Assembly (NCBI GenBank): GCA_963745025.1
Contig: CAVUWD010000010.1
Span: 192,001-256,000 of the forward strand
Reading direction: 5' to 3'
DNA length: 64,000 bases
From: an uncultured delta proteobacterium
Lineage (GTDB): Bacteria; Desulfobacterota; Binatia; JACPRU01
Of the stretch, positions 1 through 10,753 are shown one piece after another. The notes under the pieces were generated by a model. It did not search any database. It saw only the letters and a list, made by a program, of their open reading frames with translations, and was not told the origin of the DNA. The position numbers were made by a program, and so were the translations under genes. Positions within the stretch are counted from its first letter, which is position 1. Every line of letters begins with the position of its first letter.

Positions 1-1365
1 CGTCGGCGATCAGCCGCGCGTTCTGCGCCGCATCGAAGTAGCGCTCGCCGTCGCGCTCGGAGTACTCGACCTGCCGTGCCACCATGTCGCGGAGCATCGC
101 CACGGCCTCCTTCTCGCAAACTCTGTAGCGGCCGGTGGTCGCGGCACGACCGTAGGTGGCGGCGTCTCCTTCCCAGGGAGTCAGGCATCCGTAGCGCTCG
201 CGCGCGACGTTCGCCGTCGGCGGATCGACGCGGTCGAGGTAGTCGAGGACCAGGCGGATCGAGGTGTACATGCTGTAGAGGTCTAGGCCGAAGAAGCCCG
301 CCACCCGAGGCCGCCGCACGGCATTCCATTCGCGGAGCCACTCGACGAAGCCGAGAACCTCTTGATTGCGCCACATCCACGTCGGGAATCGCGCGAAGGC
401 GCGCCAGGCGCGGTCTACTTCGGTCATCCCCTGGACGTAGCGGTTGACGCGCATCGCGTCCGGCCAGTCGGCCTCGACGGCGACGATGTTGAATCCGCGC
501 GAGCGGATGAGCTCCCGCGTGAGGCGTGCGCGCAACCGGTAGAACTCCGAGGTCCCGTGCGTGGCCTCGCCGATCAGCACGAGCCGCGCGTTGCCGATGC
601 GCTCGAGGAGCGCTCCGAGATCCGCTTCCTCGAGATCCTGGAAGGGCTCCGCGACCTCGCGGATCAGGCCGGCCACCGTGGCCGGGCGGCTCGGCGGCCG
701 CGGCGATGGCGCCCGTTCCTCGACCTCCCAGCCTTCGGCGCCGATGAGGGGGACGAAGCGGACGGCGCCCAGGTCTTCCTCCGAGAGCTGGCCGTCCAAG
801 CCACGCGTGATTCGAACGAGCGTCTGGGCTTTCTCCTCCCCGACGGGGATGACGAGCCTCCCCCCACCGCGAGCTGGTCGAGAAGCGACGGCGGCACCTT
901 CGGCCCTCCCGCGGCGACCACGATGGCGTCGTAAGGCGCATGCTCCGAGCAGCCGAGAGTTCCGTCGCCGTGTAGGACCGACACGTTGTCGAAGCCGAGG
1001 TCGCGCAGGCGTCGCGAGGCGATCCTCGCGAGCTCCTCGTGGCGCTCCACGGTATAGACCTCGCGCGCCATGCGGCTCAGGACGGCTGCCGCGTAACCCG
1101 AGCCGGTTCCGATCTCGAGCACTCGATCGCCCGGCCCGAGCTCGAGCGCGGCCGCCATCAGCGCGACGATGTAGGGCTGAGAGATCGTCTGCCCGCTCTC
1201 GATCGGTAGCGGCGTGTCCTGGTAGGCAAACTCCGCGAGCTCCGGCGGTACGAAGACCTCGCGCGGAACGGATCGCATCGCCGCGAGCGCCGCCGGGTCG
1301 CGGACACCGCGCGCCGCGATCTGGGTCTCGACCATCTTCTCGCGTTCGGCCTGCTGGTTCTTCAC
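1..1365 (-). CDS. pcm: Protein-L-isoaspartate O-methyltransferase fused to an erythromycin esterase domain; one frameshift at ~860-865; runs off the window start
   Basis: ORF 664-1365 has PCMT motifs (GQTISQPYIVA, VLEIGTGSGY, APYDAIVVAAG). Adding one base to the C6 run at 860-865 gives GGRLVIPVG...VRFVPLIG, then LIGEATHGTSEFY, VAVEADWPDA, FPTWMWRN and GFFGLDLYS (erythromycin esterase family), open to position 1. Confidence 0.9.
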
Positions 1366-1374
1366 GCGAGGTGC

Positions 1375-1935
1375 CTAAGCCGCTCGTCCGCCGATCGGTA
1401 CCAAACTGCTCGCCTGCGGCCCCTTTTCGCCCGCTTCCTCCGCGAAACGTACCTCCGTGCCGATCTCCAGCCGGTCGAAGCTTCCTTCACGGACGCTGCT
1501 CTGGTGAAAGTAGATCTCGCGACCGTCCGGCGTCTCGATGAAGCCGTAACCCGCTTCGGGGAAGAGCTTCGCGACCCGACCCCGCAGCGGCTGGTCGTGT
1601 GTCTTCACGTCCGCCCGCACCTCGCGCGCATAGTCCTCGATCTGGCGCGTCGCCGCCTCGAACGCGTCGCGCAGCGCGACGTAGAGATCCTGGTGCGCGC
1701 CGTGCTCGGCCGGGTCGCGCTTGACGACGATCTCGCGTCCGGGAACCGAAACGTTGATGCGCACGTGATAGACGTTGCCCTTGTGGTGCCGGTGGTGCTG
1801 CGCCTCGACCATGACGCGGCAACTCGTGATGCGCGGGTAGAAGTGGTCGAGCCGATCGGCGTATTCCCGTACGCGAGCCTCTATGGCTTCGGACGAAGGA
1901 ATGCCGCGGAACGAAAGCTGTAGTGGAAGCTGCAT
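1375..1935 (-). CDS. HPF/RaiA (S30AE) ribosome hibernation domain fused to a C-terminal cold-shock domain
   Basis: N-terminal S30AE-like region (RITSCRV, HQDLYVALRDAFEAA) and C-terminal CSD RNP motifs GYGFI and IYFHQS. ATG at 1935 chosen. Confidence 0.88.
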   Translation of the reverse strand: MQLPLQLSFRGIPSSEAIEARVREYADRLDHFYPRITSCRVMVEAQHHRHHKGNVYHVRINVSVPGREIVVKRDPAEHGAHQDLYVALRDAFEAATRQIEDYAREVRADVKTHDQPLRGRVAKLFPEAGYGFIETPDGREIYFHQSSVREGSFDRLEIGTEVRFAEEAGEKGPQASSLVPIGGRAA

Positions 1936-1972
1936 CCGTCTCTCTCCTATGGGCTCGAATGTAAACCGTCCG

Positions 1973-2431
1973 TCACGCCGCGATGTCCGCCACTTGCGGC
2001 CTCGCAAGCCGCTTGAAGTCCAAGTACTTCATGCGAATGCTCTCGGTGTGAGTGCCTGCCTGAAAGGCAATGTTCGTGTCGTCCTCGAGAGTGCGATCGA
2101 CGATCACCGGAAGCCCAAAGAGGTTGCCGAAGGGCGGCATGGCGCCGGTCTCGCACTGCGGGAACATCCGTTCGAACTCCTCCTCGGAGGCGAGACGAGC
2201 TTCTTTCTGTTGCACCGCGGCTGCGAACTTCACGAGATCGACCTTCTTCGGCGCCGGAAGCACCGCCATGAAAAAGCCGTTCGGCACCTTGACGATCGCA
2301 ACCTTCGCGTGCTCCCGGCCCGGCACGTGCTCGGCAGCCGCCACCTCCTGGGCCGTAAAGGCGATCCTGTGCGCGATTGGTTGGTACTGGACTCCGCTCG
2401 TATCGAGGAACTCCTTCAGCTTGGTAATCAT
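1973..2431 (-). CDS. YbaK/EbsC family aminoacyl-tRNA deacylase-like protein
   Basis: HAKVAIVK, CETGAMPPFG and FQAGTHTESI motifs; AGGGAGG RBS upstream of ATG 2431. Confidence 0.88.
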   Translation of the reverse strand: MITKLKEFLDTSGVQYQPIAHRIAFTAQEVAAAEHVPGREHAKVAIVKVPNGFFMAVLPAPKKVDLVKFAAAVQQKEARLASEEEFERMFPQCETGAMPPFGNLFGLPVIVDRTLEDDTNIAFQAGTHTESIRMKYLDFKRLARPQVADIAA

Positions 2432-2461
2432 GACTGTACCTCCCTTTCTCCGAGATATGTA

Positions 2462-2477
2462 AGCAAGGAACATACAA
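2462..2477 (-). promoter_or_regulatory. Sigma-54-like promoter variant upstream of the ybaK-hpf-pcm unit
   Basis: TTGTATGTTCCTTGCT: TTGC at -12 but TG instead of GG at -24; palindrome at 2535-2546. Confidence 0.4.
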
Positions 2478-2661
2478 CGCCCGCGGGATGGATCATTCCG
2501 GTTGCCAATTTACCATCGATGCGAAAGCAGGCATGCTGAATTCCCAGAACTGGGAGCCTCCGTTCTTAGACGGCTGCTGGCGCTCGCGAAATTCGATTGC
2601 GGCGGTTTGGCAAGCGGATTGCGAGGACGGTGGGTAAGGAACGAGAGGCAGGGAGGTCAAG

Positions 2662-3081
2662 ATGGCGATCACGCTTTCGGGAACTTGGTACAACCAGCAC
2701 GGTTCGGAGCTTCGGATCCAAGTCGACCCCGAAGGGAAGATCGATGGCAGCTTTCGCAGCGGGGTGGGATTCCCCGAAGCCGGGGAGGAGTTTCCCGTCA
2801 CCGGGTTCGCCCAAGGCGACCTCTTCGGATTCACGGTCAGTTTCGGGAAGTACGATTCGGTCACGTCGTGGACCGGTCACTCTGGCGTGGAAGACGACGA
2901 GGAGGTTCTTTCCAGCCTCTGGCACATGAGCGTCGGGCTGCTGCCCGGAACCGCCTCCGAAGGTCAGCTCTGGAAGGGCGTCTGGGCCGGAGCCGACGTC
3001 TTTCGCCGCGAGCGGCGTGAAGCGCGTCGCGGCTCGCGAGTGGCCCCATCGCATCCGATGATCCCACCCGCGGGCTGCTGA
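2662..3081 (+). CDS. Avidin/streptavidin family protein with no signal peptide
   Basis: SGTWYNQHGS, FGFTVSF, SVTSWTG, SSLW and LWKGVWAGADVFRR align by eye with the streptavidin barrel; GGGAGG RBS. Confidence 0.85.
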   Translation: MAITLSGTWYNQHGSELRIQVDPEGKIDGSFRSGVGFPEAGEEFPVTGFAQGDLFGFTVSFGKYDSVTSWTGHSGVEDDEEVLSSLWHMSVGLLPGTASEGQLWKGVWAGADVFRRERREARRGSRVAPSHPMIPPAGC

Positions 3082-3226
3082 ACGCGGGCTGGCATCAGGT
3101 ATCAGGCCTCGGGCTTCAGGAAAGGACTTCGCTGAGTCCTTGCTGAAGCCCGAAGCCGGCGACGCGGCCTTTCGATGAGGATGTCCCGCCAGACTTTTCC
3201 GAACCGGGATTAGTGACGCCACTCTC

Positions 3227-4348
3227 GTGGAACGAATGGTGATCTGCGTGCGGGGTGGCAGGTGGAAATACGACGACGGCCGCGTGAGTCCGCGCACTCA
3301 CGTGCGAACCTCCATTTGGGGTGTCGCGACGGCGGTGGCCATTGCATTGTCGATCGCGCTACCGTGTGCGGGGGCAGATAGGCCGTACCACGCGCTGCCC
3401 TCGCTCGACGCGCTAGCCAAACCAACGGGACCCAATCTGTGGCTCGAATCCTACACCGAGGTCACTGGCTCGGTTGAGCCGCTCAACGGAGGGGTTCCCG
3501 AGGTACAGATGTCCGCCGAGCCGCGAGCCGCCGAAACGCGCCCGCATCTTTTCTTGGCCTTGGGTATTTCGGCCGGCGTCGTCGGAGGCATGGTGCTGAA
3601 CTCCCTCACGGATGGCAAGACGCAGCCTTACCACTTCGCGACCGAAGGATGGTTCCGCGAGAACACCTATGTCGGCGGAGGAGACAAGGCCTCGCACTTC
3701 GTTTCATTCGAGATCATCTCCCTTGAGCTGGCCACGACGTTCCAGTATCTCGGTTTCTCGCGATGGCAGTCCGAACTCGGCGGATTCGCCGTGTCGTCGC
3801 TGACCGGCCTGACCAACGAGATCTGTGATGGCGCCAACAAGTACGGATTCTCTTATGAGGATCTTGTGATGGATGTCCTTGGGGCAGGCACGGCCGCGCT
3901 CACCTCCGCCACCGGAACAGGTGATCTCATCGGCTTTCGCGTCGGGCTATTGCCAGGTCCGGTGCCGCCCGCGGATGACGACGGCTTTGGAACTGGACGG
4001 GACTACTCGCACGAGATCTACACCGCCGACTTCAAGCTCCGCGGATTCGCCAGACGTCTCAGCCTAGGGGAGAAGGCTGCCAGGTTCGTGCTGGTATCAA
4101 CCACCTACGGCGTGGAAGGCTACCCATACGGAACGTCAGATCAGCAGAAGCGGCTCGTTGGTTTTGAGGTCGGCGTGAACTTCGAGGAGATCCTGTACGC
4201 ACTGGACGTGGACCAACAGAAGTGGTGGGGGATCGTCGCTCATGCACTGTTGGACAACTTTCGCATTCCGTACACCCAGCTCGGATTCCGATACGATCTC
4301 AACCATGGCAACTGGTACGGGCCGGTTGTTGGCAGCACCACGATGTAG
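3227..4348 (+). CDS. YfiM/DUF2279-like exported or membrane protein
   Basis: GGGDKASHF, EICDG...YGFSYEDLVMD motifs; hydrophobic signal-like segment near the N-terminus. Start uncertain. Confidence 0.6.
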   Translation: MERMVICVRGGRWKYDDGRVSPRTHVRTSIWGVATAVAIALSIALPCAGADRPYHALPSLDALAKPTGPNLWLESYTEVTGSVEPLNGGVPEVQMSAEPRAAETRPHLFLALGISAGVVGGMVLNSLTDGKTQPYHFATEGWFRENTYVGGGDKASHFVSFEIISLELATTFQYLGFSRWQSELGGFAVSSLTGLTNEICDGANKYGFSYEDLVMDVLGAGTAALTSATGTGDLIGFRVGLLPGPVPPADDDGFGTGRDYSHEIYTADFKLRGFARRLSLGEKAARFVLVSTTYGVEGYPYGTSDQQKRLVGFEVGVNFEEILYALDVDQQKWWGIVAHALLDNFRIPYTQLGFRYDLNHGNWYGPVVGSTTM

Positions 4349-4362
4349 TCGAGGCAGTCCAA

Positions 4363-4536
4363 GACCGTTTCGTTCGAGTGGCAGTCGTAGCAGGCGGCTC
4401 GAAATCTCGCTTTGACCTCGGGTGGCGCGGAAAAGTCGCTCTCTACCGGGGGGTTGCTGCGCTCTACGCGCACGAGCTGCGCGATGACCAGAAAGGCGAT
4501 GCTGCCGATCCCGAGCATCCTGAGAACGCGTCGCAC
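4363..4536 (-). pseudogene. Truncated haem-binding domain cytochrome c (N-terminal ~58 codons)
   Basis: Signal/TM then NPPV...RAACYDCHSNETV. The family normally continues WPWY; here similarity stops and the frame runs antisense into the YfiM-like gene. Confidence 0.7.
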
Positions 4537-4576
4537 TCGCGCCTCCTCTCCGAGACTCCGCCAATTGCCGTGGAAG

Positions 4577-5026
4577 CTACTTTTCCTGGATCGATCGGAT
4601 GTAGTCGGCGAGGGTTCGTGACTGAAGCAAGCCGGTATACTCGCGATAGAACTGTGTCTTCAGCTCCTCGTCGAAGACCGCGCCCCACACGGGCATCTCC
4701 CGCGGGCCGTGCTCCTTCACCCATCGTCGCCCGTCTATGAAGGAGAGAAGCTTGGGCTCGTCGAGCTTACCCCCGTCCTTCTTTGCGAGCTGGGTGAGAT
4801 CGGTTGGCCTGCGCTTGAGAGTCTCGGCGAGCGGGCCGTCGCCGCGGCACTGAAGGCCGTGGCACGAAGCACAATAGCGTCGGTAGAGAGCCTCGCCGCT
4901 CGGCGAGGTCGGTTCGCTCGAGCATCGCGCGAACGCGAGAAAGACGGCGCTGGCTAGCGAGAGAGACAACAAGAGCCGTGCCGACACGCGGTGGCCCGAC
5001 GCCCCTCCTTGCCCGTTCGCATCCAT
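4577..5026 (-). CDS. Monoheme cytochrome c, probable lipoprotein
   Basis: GEALYRRYCASCHG, DLTQLA, HGPREMPVWG (axial Met); hydrophobic leader ending in a lipobox-like FARC. Confidence 0.85.
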   Translation of the reverse strand: MDANGQGGASGHRVSARLLLSLSLASAVFLAFARCSSEPTSPSGEALYRRYCASCHGLQCRGDGPLAETLKRRPTDLTQLAKKDGGKLDEPKLLSFIDGRRWVKEHGPREMPVWGAVFDEELKTQFYREYTGLLQSRTLADYIRSIQEK

Positions 5027-5032
5027 CGGGCG

Positions 5033-6646
<1,614 letters not shown>

Positions 6647-6745
6647 GGGACTTCCTCGGCGCCCGCGAACTCAGCGCTTCGTGAGTACCGCCAAGCGCAA
6701 TCGCGCCTCTCTCCTCGGCATCGTCATGACGGGGGCGGAGTCCAG

Positions 6746-7216
6746 CTACTTCTTGCCCTCGATCTGGACAGAAACCTTCTTCGGCGCGAGTTCCTTCGGA
6801 ACCGGCATGCTGATCTCGAGAACGCCCTTGTCGTAGCTCGCCTTGATCTTGTCGGCGTCGACCTTCCCGGGAAGCCGCATGCTGCGCTCGAAGCTGCCGT
6901 AAGCGATCTCCTCGTGTGTGTAGTCTCCCTCTTTCTTCTCCTCCTTGTGCTTGCGCTCGCCCTTCACGGTCAGCACGTCGCCGGTCACACTGACGTCGAC
7001 TTCTTTCGGGGAGACTCCCGGAAGATCCATGCGCACGACGAGGTTGTCGTTCCGCACCAAGCTCTCCATCGCGGGATGGCCTTTCCCCGCGAACGCCGTG
7101 CCTTCGAACGGTGTTCGCCCCATGAATCGGGCGAAGAGGTCATCGAGGTCGTGGTGCCACTCTTCGAGCTCCCGAAAGGGCTCTTCGTGACGTCTCCATG
7201 GGATCAATGAGCGCAT
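6746..7216 (-). CDS. Hsp20/alpha-crystallin small heat shock protein
   Basis: DLPGV, YGSFERSMRLP, ASYDKGVLEI and a C-terminal V-x-I motif. Confidence 0.95.
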   Translation of the reverse strand: MRSLIPWRRHEEPFRELEEWHHDLDDLFARFMGRTPFEGTAFAGKGHPAMESLVRNDNLVVRMDLPGVSPKEVDVSVTGDVLTVKGERKHKEEKKEGDYTHEEIAYGSFERSMRLPGKVDADKIKASYDKGVLEISMPVPKELAPKKVSVQIEGKK

Positions 7217-7269
7217 GTTCTTTTCCTCCTTCTCTTCTCGGATGACCGAGACATCTAATCGCAGCGAGA

Positions 7270-7285
7270 TGCAATCCCCGGACCA
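7270..7285 (-). promoter_or_regulatory. Sigma-54 -24/-12 promoter of hsp20-groEL1-cytochrome c
   Basis: TGGTCCGGGGATTGCA (GG-N10-GC). Confidence 0.7.
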
Positions 7286-7443
7286 CGCGCTGCAGCGCGA
7301 TTCCGTGCGATCCGGCGTTCGATCCGAATTGCGAACATGAGAATTGCTGGCGTGGCTCTCCCGAAAACAGGAAGAACCGAATGGCTAACTTTCGCTTCAA
7401 GGGTAAGCTCCCGATGCACGGCCAACGTCCTCACACTTCACGT

Positions 7444-8394
7444 TCAGGCCGAGTTGCGGCGGTGCTCGAGGGGCCCGATGCCCGGCCGGTAGATATCTTC
7501 GCGAGTGAACGGAATCGCCGTGACGTTGGCCGCAAGCTTGGACGCGACGACCTGGTAGAGGCCGATCGCGCCTTCGGAGAAGAAGACCGAGGAGGCCGTG
7601 AGGTAGAGACGCCAGATTCGATAGGTCTTCTCCGGGACGAGCTGCAGGGCCTCGCTCCGGTGCTGCTCCAGTCGCTCGGCCCACTGGCGACAGGTCCGTG
7701 AGTAGTGTTCGCGTAGCTGCTCGACGTCGCGTATCTCCCAGTTCACATCCTCCATCACGGACAGGATGTGGCTTACGTGGGTGAGTTCCCCGTTCGGGAA
7801 CACGTAGCGGGTGATGAAGTCCCATTGCGGGGTCCACTTCCAGCGGCGTTCGTGTGTGATGCCATGGCTCAGGAACAGGCCGCCGGGCTTCAGGAGCTCG
7901 CGCACCTGAGAAAAATACGCAGGGTAGTTGGCGATTCCCACGTGCTCGATGATCCCCACCGCCGCGATCTTGTCGTAGAGATCCTGGCCGCGGATCTCGC
8001 GGTAGTCGCGGCACTCGACCTGGCAGACTCTTTCGAGGCCACGCTCGCGGATGCGGGCTCGCGCATAGGAGGCCTGCGACGGGCTGAGCGTCACCCCGTG
8101 TGCTTCGACGCCGTAGTGCTCGGCAGCCCACACGAGGAGACTTCCCCAACCGCAGCCGATGTCGAGCAAGCGCTCGCCGGGCTGAAGCCGGAGCTTGCGG
8201 CAGACGAGATCGAGCTTGTCGCACTGCGCCTCGTCCAGACCACCATCCGGACGGCGGTAGTAGGCGCAGGTGTAGACCATGGTGGGGCCGAGGAAGAGCT
8301 CGTAAAACTCGTTCGAGACGTCGTAGTGGTACTGGATCGCCTTGCGATCTCGCTCGATGTCCTTCTCTCGACTGCCCTTCAGAGCCGCGAACAT
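7444..8394 (-). CDS. Cyclopropane-fatty-acyl-phospholipid synthase-like SAM methyltransferase (catalytic part only)
   Basis: IQYHYDVSNEFY, MVYTCAYY, LLDIGCGWG, GIIEHVG, YVFPNGEL, WRLYL. Confidence 0.88.
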   Translation of the reverse strand: MFAALKGSREKDIERDRKAIQYHYDVSNEFYELFLGPTMVYTCAYYRRPDGGLDEAQCDKLDLVCRKLRLQPGERLLDIGCGWGSLLVWAAEHYGVEAHGVTLSPSQASYARARIRERGLERVCQVECRDYREIRGQDLYDKIAAVGIIEHVGIANYPAYFSQVRELLKPGGLFLSHGITHERRWKWTPQWDFITRYVFPNGELTHVSHILSVMEDVNWEIRDVEQLREHYSRTCRQWAERLEQHRSEALQLVPEKTYRIWRLYLTASSVFFSEGAIGLYQVVASKLAANVTAIPFTREDIYRPGIGPLEHRRNSA

Positions 8395-8425
8395 TGCGCG
8401 TCCCTCCTAGCTCGGCATCCGTTCC

Positions 8426-9541
8426 TCAACCCATGCCGAATGCCCCCTCGAATACCAGGCGCCTTCGTAGCCAAGCGTTGCGGCAAATCAGTGAGCCGAG
8501 GGAGAGCAACCAGCGGCGCGGGAGAAGTCCTCCGAGCCGCGTCGCAAAGCCGGGCTCACCGGCTCCGAAGCGGGCGTCGATTGCTGCGCGATACTCGCTC
8601 GCCAGCTCCTCTTCGTCTCTGCCGCCGAGTCGCTGTAACACATGAGCCGCCGCGAGATTTCCGCTCGTCACGGCCGGCGCGATGCCCTCTCCCGAGACGT
8701 CCCTGGCGAGCCCGGCCGCATCCCCGACCAAGAAGAACCCCGGGCCCGCAACTCTTCGTGGCGCCGTGGTGCGGAGGGAGTAGGCGTGGCCGCGAAACGG
8801 CTCGAGCTCGATCCGGTGCGGCAGCCGCCCGCTCTCGACCAGCCGCTCGACGAAGGCCTCCGTCCGGCGGTGAAGACCGCGCCCGTCGTCGAGCGCGCCG
8901 ATCCCCAGGTTGAGAAAATCCCCCTTCGAGAAATACCAGCCGTAGCCGCGCAGATCGGGCTCCGGAAAGAGCTCCGGAACGCCGGGACGAGGGGCGATCG
9001 CGGCGACCCGGCCCTGCCCGATGCGAGTCTCGCTTTCCTGCGTCACTACTACCGATTCTCGCTCGGGGATTTCGCCGAACGCGCGAGCGACCGGGCAGTG
9101 GTGACCGCCGGCGCCGATCAGTAGCGGCGCGACGAAATCACCCCGCGGCGTCTCGACGACGAAGCGGCCGGCGCGCCGCTCCAGGTGCGATACCCGCACG
9201 CCGTCGATCACCTTGGCACCGGCGCCGCGGGCGCGTTCGAGCAAGAAGTGATCGAACTCGCGACGTACGATCCCGAAGCTCACCGTGTGATCCCAAGCCG
9301 TCTCCCACACCGCGCCGGCGAGCTCGAGCGTGGCACGCGCGAAGGGCTGCAGCGTCAACGGATAGCTTGCGGGATCGAGCGCGAGCTCCGCCCACACCCG
9401 ACGTGTCACCCACCCCGCGCAGAGCTTCACACGCGGGAATCGAGCGCAATCGAGAACGAGAGCCCGCACGCCGGACTGAGCAAGCCGCCACGCGGCGGTG
9501 CTGCCGCCAGGTCCACCTCCGACGATGATCGCATCGTACAT
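8426..9541 (-). CDS. FAD-dependent oxidoreductase, geranylgeranyl reductase family
   Basis: GGGPGGS, FPRVKLCAGW, RREFD, GYGWYFSK, LVGDAAG, GEGI. Confidence 0.82.
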   Translation of the reverse strand: MYDAIIVGGGPGGSTAAWRLAQSGVRALVLDCARFPRVKLCAGWVTRRVWAELALDPASYPLTLQPFARATLELAGAVWETAWDHTVSFGIVRREFDHFLLERARGAGAKVIDGVRVSHLERRAGRFVVETPRGDFVAPLLIGAGGHHCPVARAFGEIPERESVVVTQESETRIGQGRVAAIAPRPGVPELFPEPDLRGYGWYFSKGDFLNLGIGALDDGRGLHRRTEAFVERLVESGRLPHRIELEPFRGHAYSLRTTAPRRVAGPGFFLVGDAAGLARDVSGEGIAPAVTSGNLAAAHVLQRLGGRDEEELASEYRAAIDARFGAGEPGFATRLGGLLPRRWLLSLGSLICRNAWLRRRLVFEGAFGMG

Positions 9542-9569
9542 GCGGAGGAGTGCCCTCCTTGGTCGTTAC

Positions 9570-9914
9570 CTAGACGTTGCCGAGCGCGCGCAGGATCGAC
9601 AGACGATCGCGGAGGCCGAGACGAATCGCCTCGATCTGGTTGGCGAGCCCGATCGCCACGAAGAGGTCTCCCTCGACGTCGAGATCCCCTTCGGCATACG
9701 CAACCGCGAAGCGCAACGTGTTCGGCCGCAACACGAGCGCGCGGAAGGTCTCTCGGCGCCGGAATACGAGCGTGAATGGCTCCCCGCTCGGGCCGAGATG
9801 GACGTGCGTCCCATCCCACAGGCGAACGGCGAAGCCAAACGGCACGTTTCCGAAGATACGGCGTAGAATCGCTGCCGCCGCCCCGGCCGATCCTGTCTCC
9901 CCTGCGATCTTCAT
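9570..9914 (-). CDS. Stand-alone protein resembling the N-terminal lipid-binding domain of long CFA synthases
   Basis: AVRLWDGT...FTLVFR...LRFAVAYAEGDLDVEGDL resembles the Cfa N-terminal domain. Confidence 0.7.
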   Translation of the reverse strand: MKIAGETGSAGAAAAILRRIFGNVPFGFAVRLWDGTHVHLGPSGEPFTLVFRRRETFRALVLRPNTLRFAVAYAEGDLDVEGDLFVAIGLANQIEAIRLGLRDRLSILRALGNV

Positions 9915-10013
9915 TCGCTCAAGAGCATCGCTGCCATGCGAACGCCGACACACCGATTGTCCGCCCGCGGCGGGCCGTTATCGAGGCGAAAAGGGCCCAT
10001 CCCATGCGAATCG

Positions 10014-10505
10014 TCACTTTCGCGACCGAGCGTCCGTCTCCGTCTGTCCGTCCGGCGGCGGCTCGAGAGCGGCCAAGTGGGCTTCGAGGAGATCGCTGCG
10101 GGTGAGGATCCCGACGAGTCGGTGATTTTCGACGATCGGCACGGCGCCGATCCGCTCCCGGCGCAGCAAGCGGACCGCTTCGGCGAGGCCAGCGTCGGGG
10201 TGAAGCGTCAACGGGTTCGCGGTCATCACCATCTCGACCGACACCTGCTCCGGGCTCGAGAACGATTTTCGTCCCTTGCGCATGTCCTGCCGCAGGACGT
10301 CGAGGATCGATGGAAACGCATCGCGGAGATCCCGATCGGTGACTATGCCGACGAGCCTGCGATCCTCGACGACCGCCAGCTGGTTGATGCGATTCTCTTC
10401 GAGCAGCTGGCGAGCCCGGGTGACGGGATCGAGCGGCTTCACCGTCTTGACGGGGCTCGTCATCCAGCTACGGACTTTGTCTGCGGGGCCTGAAGGCTTG
10501 CTCAT
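10014..10505 (-). CDS. CBS-pair domain protein (AcuB-like)
   Basis: Two CBS repeats (LVGIVTDRDL, LVGILTRSDL); GAGGAG RBS. Confidence 0.88.
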   Translation of the reverse strand: MSKPSGPADKVRSWMTSPVKTVKPLDPVTRARQLLEENRINQLAVVEDRRLVGIVTDRDLRDAFPSILDVLRQDMRKGRKSFSSPEQVSVEMVMTANPLTLHPDAGLAEAVRLLRRERIGAVPIVENHRLVGILTRSDLLEAHLAALEPPPDGQTETDARSRK

Positions 10506-10564
10506 TCCGATCTCCTCTTCGTAGAGCCCCAACGCGCAGGCTGGGCCAAGCCGCTCACAGAAAA

Positions 10565-10580
10565 TGCAAGGCCCGGGCCA
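10565..10580 (-). promoter_or_regulatory. Sigma-54 promoter of the CBS gene and probably the cfa cluster
   Basis: TGGCCCGGGCCTTGCA (GG-N10-GC). Confidence 0.7.
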
Positions 10581-10710
10581 ATGCGCAATGCTATGGGCCA
10601 GGCGACGAGTACTCGAATCGCTCGGAATCGGCCTTCCAACCATCGAGAAACCGCGTACTAGTTTCTCTCGGAATCGAGAACGGCCCTGGTCGAAGAGCCG
10701 TGCGCACTCG

Positions 10711-10726
10711 TGGCACGGAATTCGCT
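10711..10726 (+). promoter_or_regulatory. Sigma-54 promoter of the CBS-FAAL unit
   Basis: TGGCACGGAATTCGCT (GG-N10-GC), divergent from the 10565 site. Confidence 0.72.
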
Positions 10727-10753
10727 GCCTCATCCTGGCGAGGAAGGCTCAGC

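Noticed and set aside
1-860. Erythromycin esterase domain as an antibiotic resistance gene
   Set aside because: It is fused to PCMT in a stress island; the family is broad and resistance cannot be inferred.
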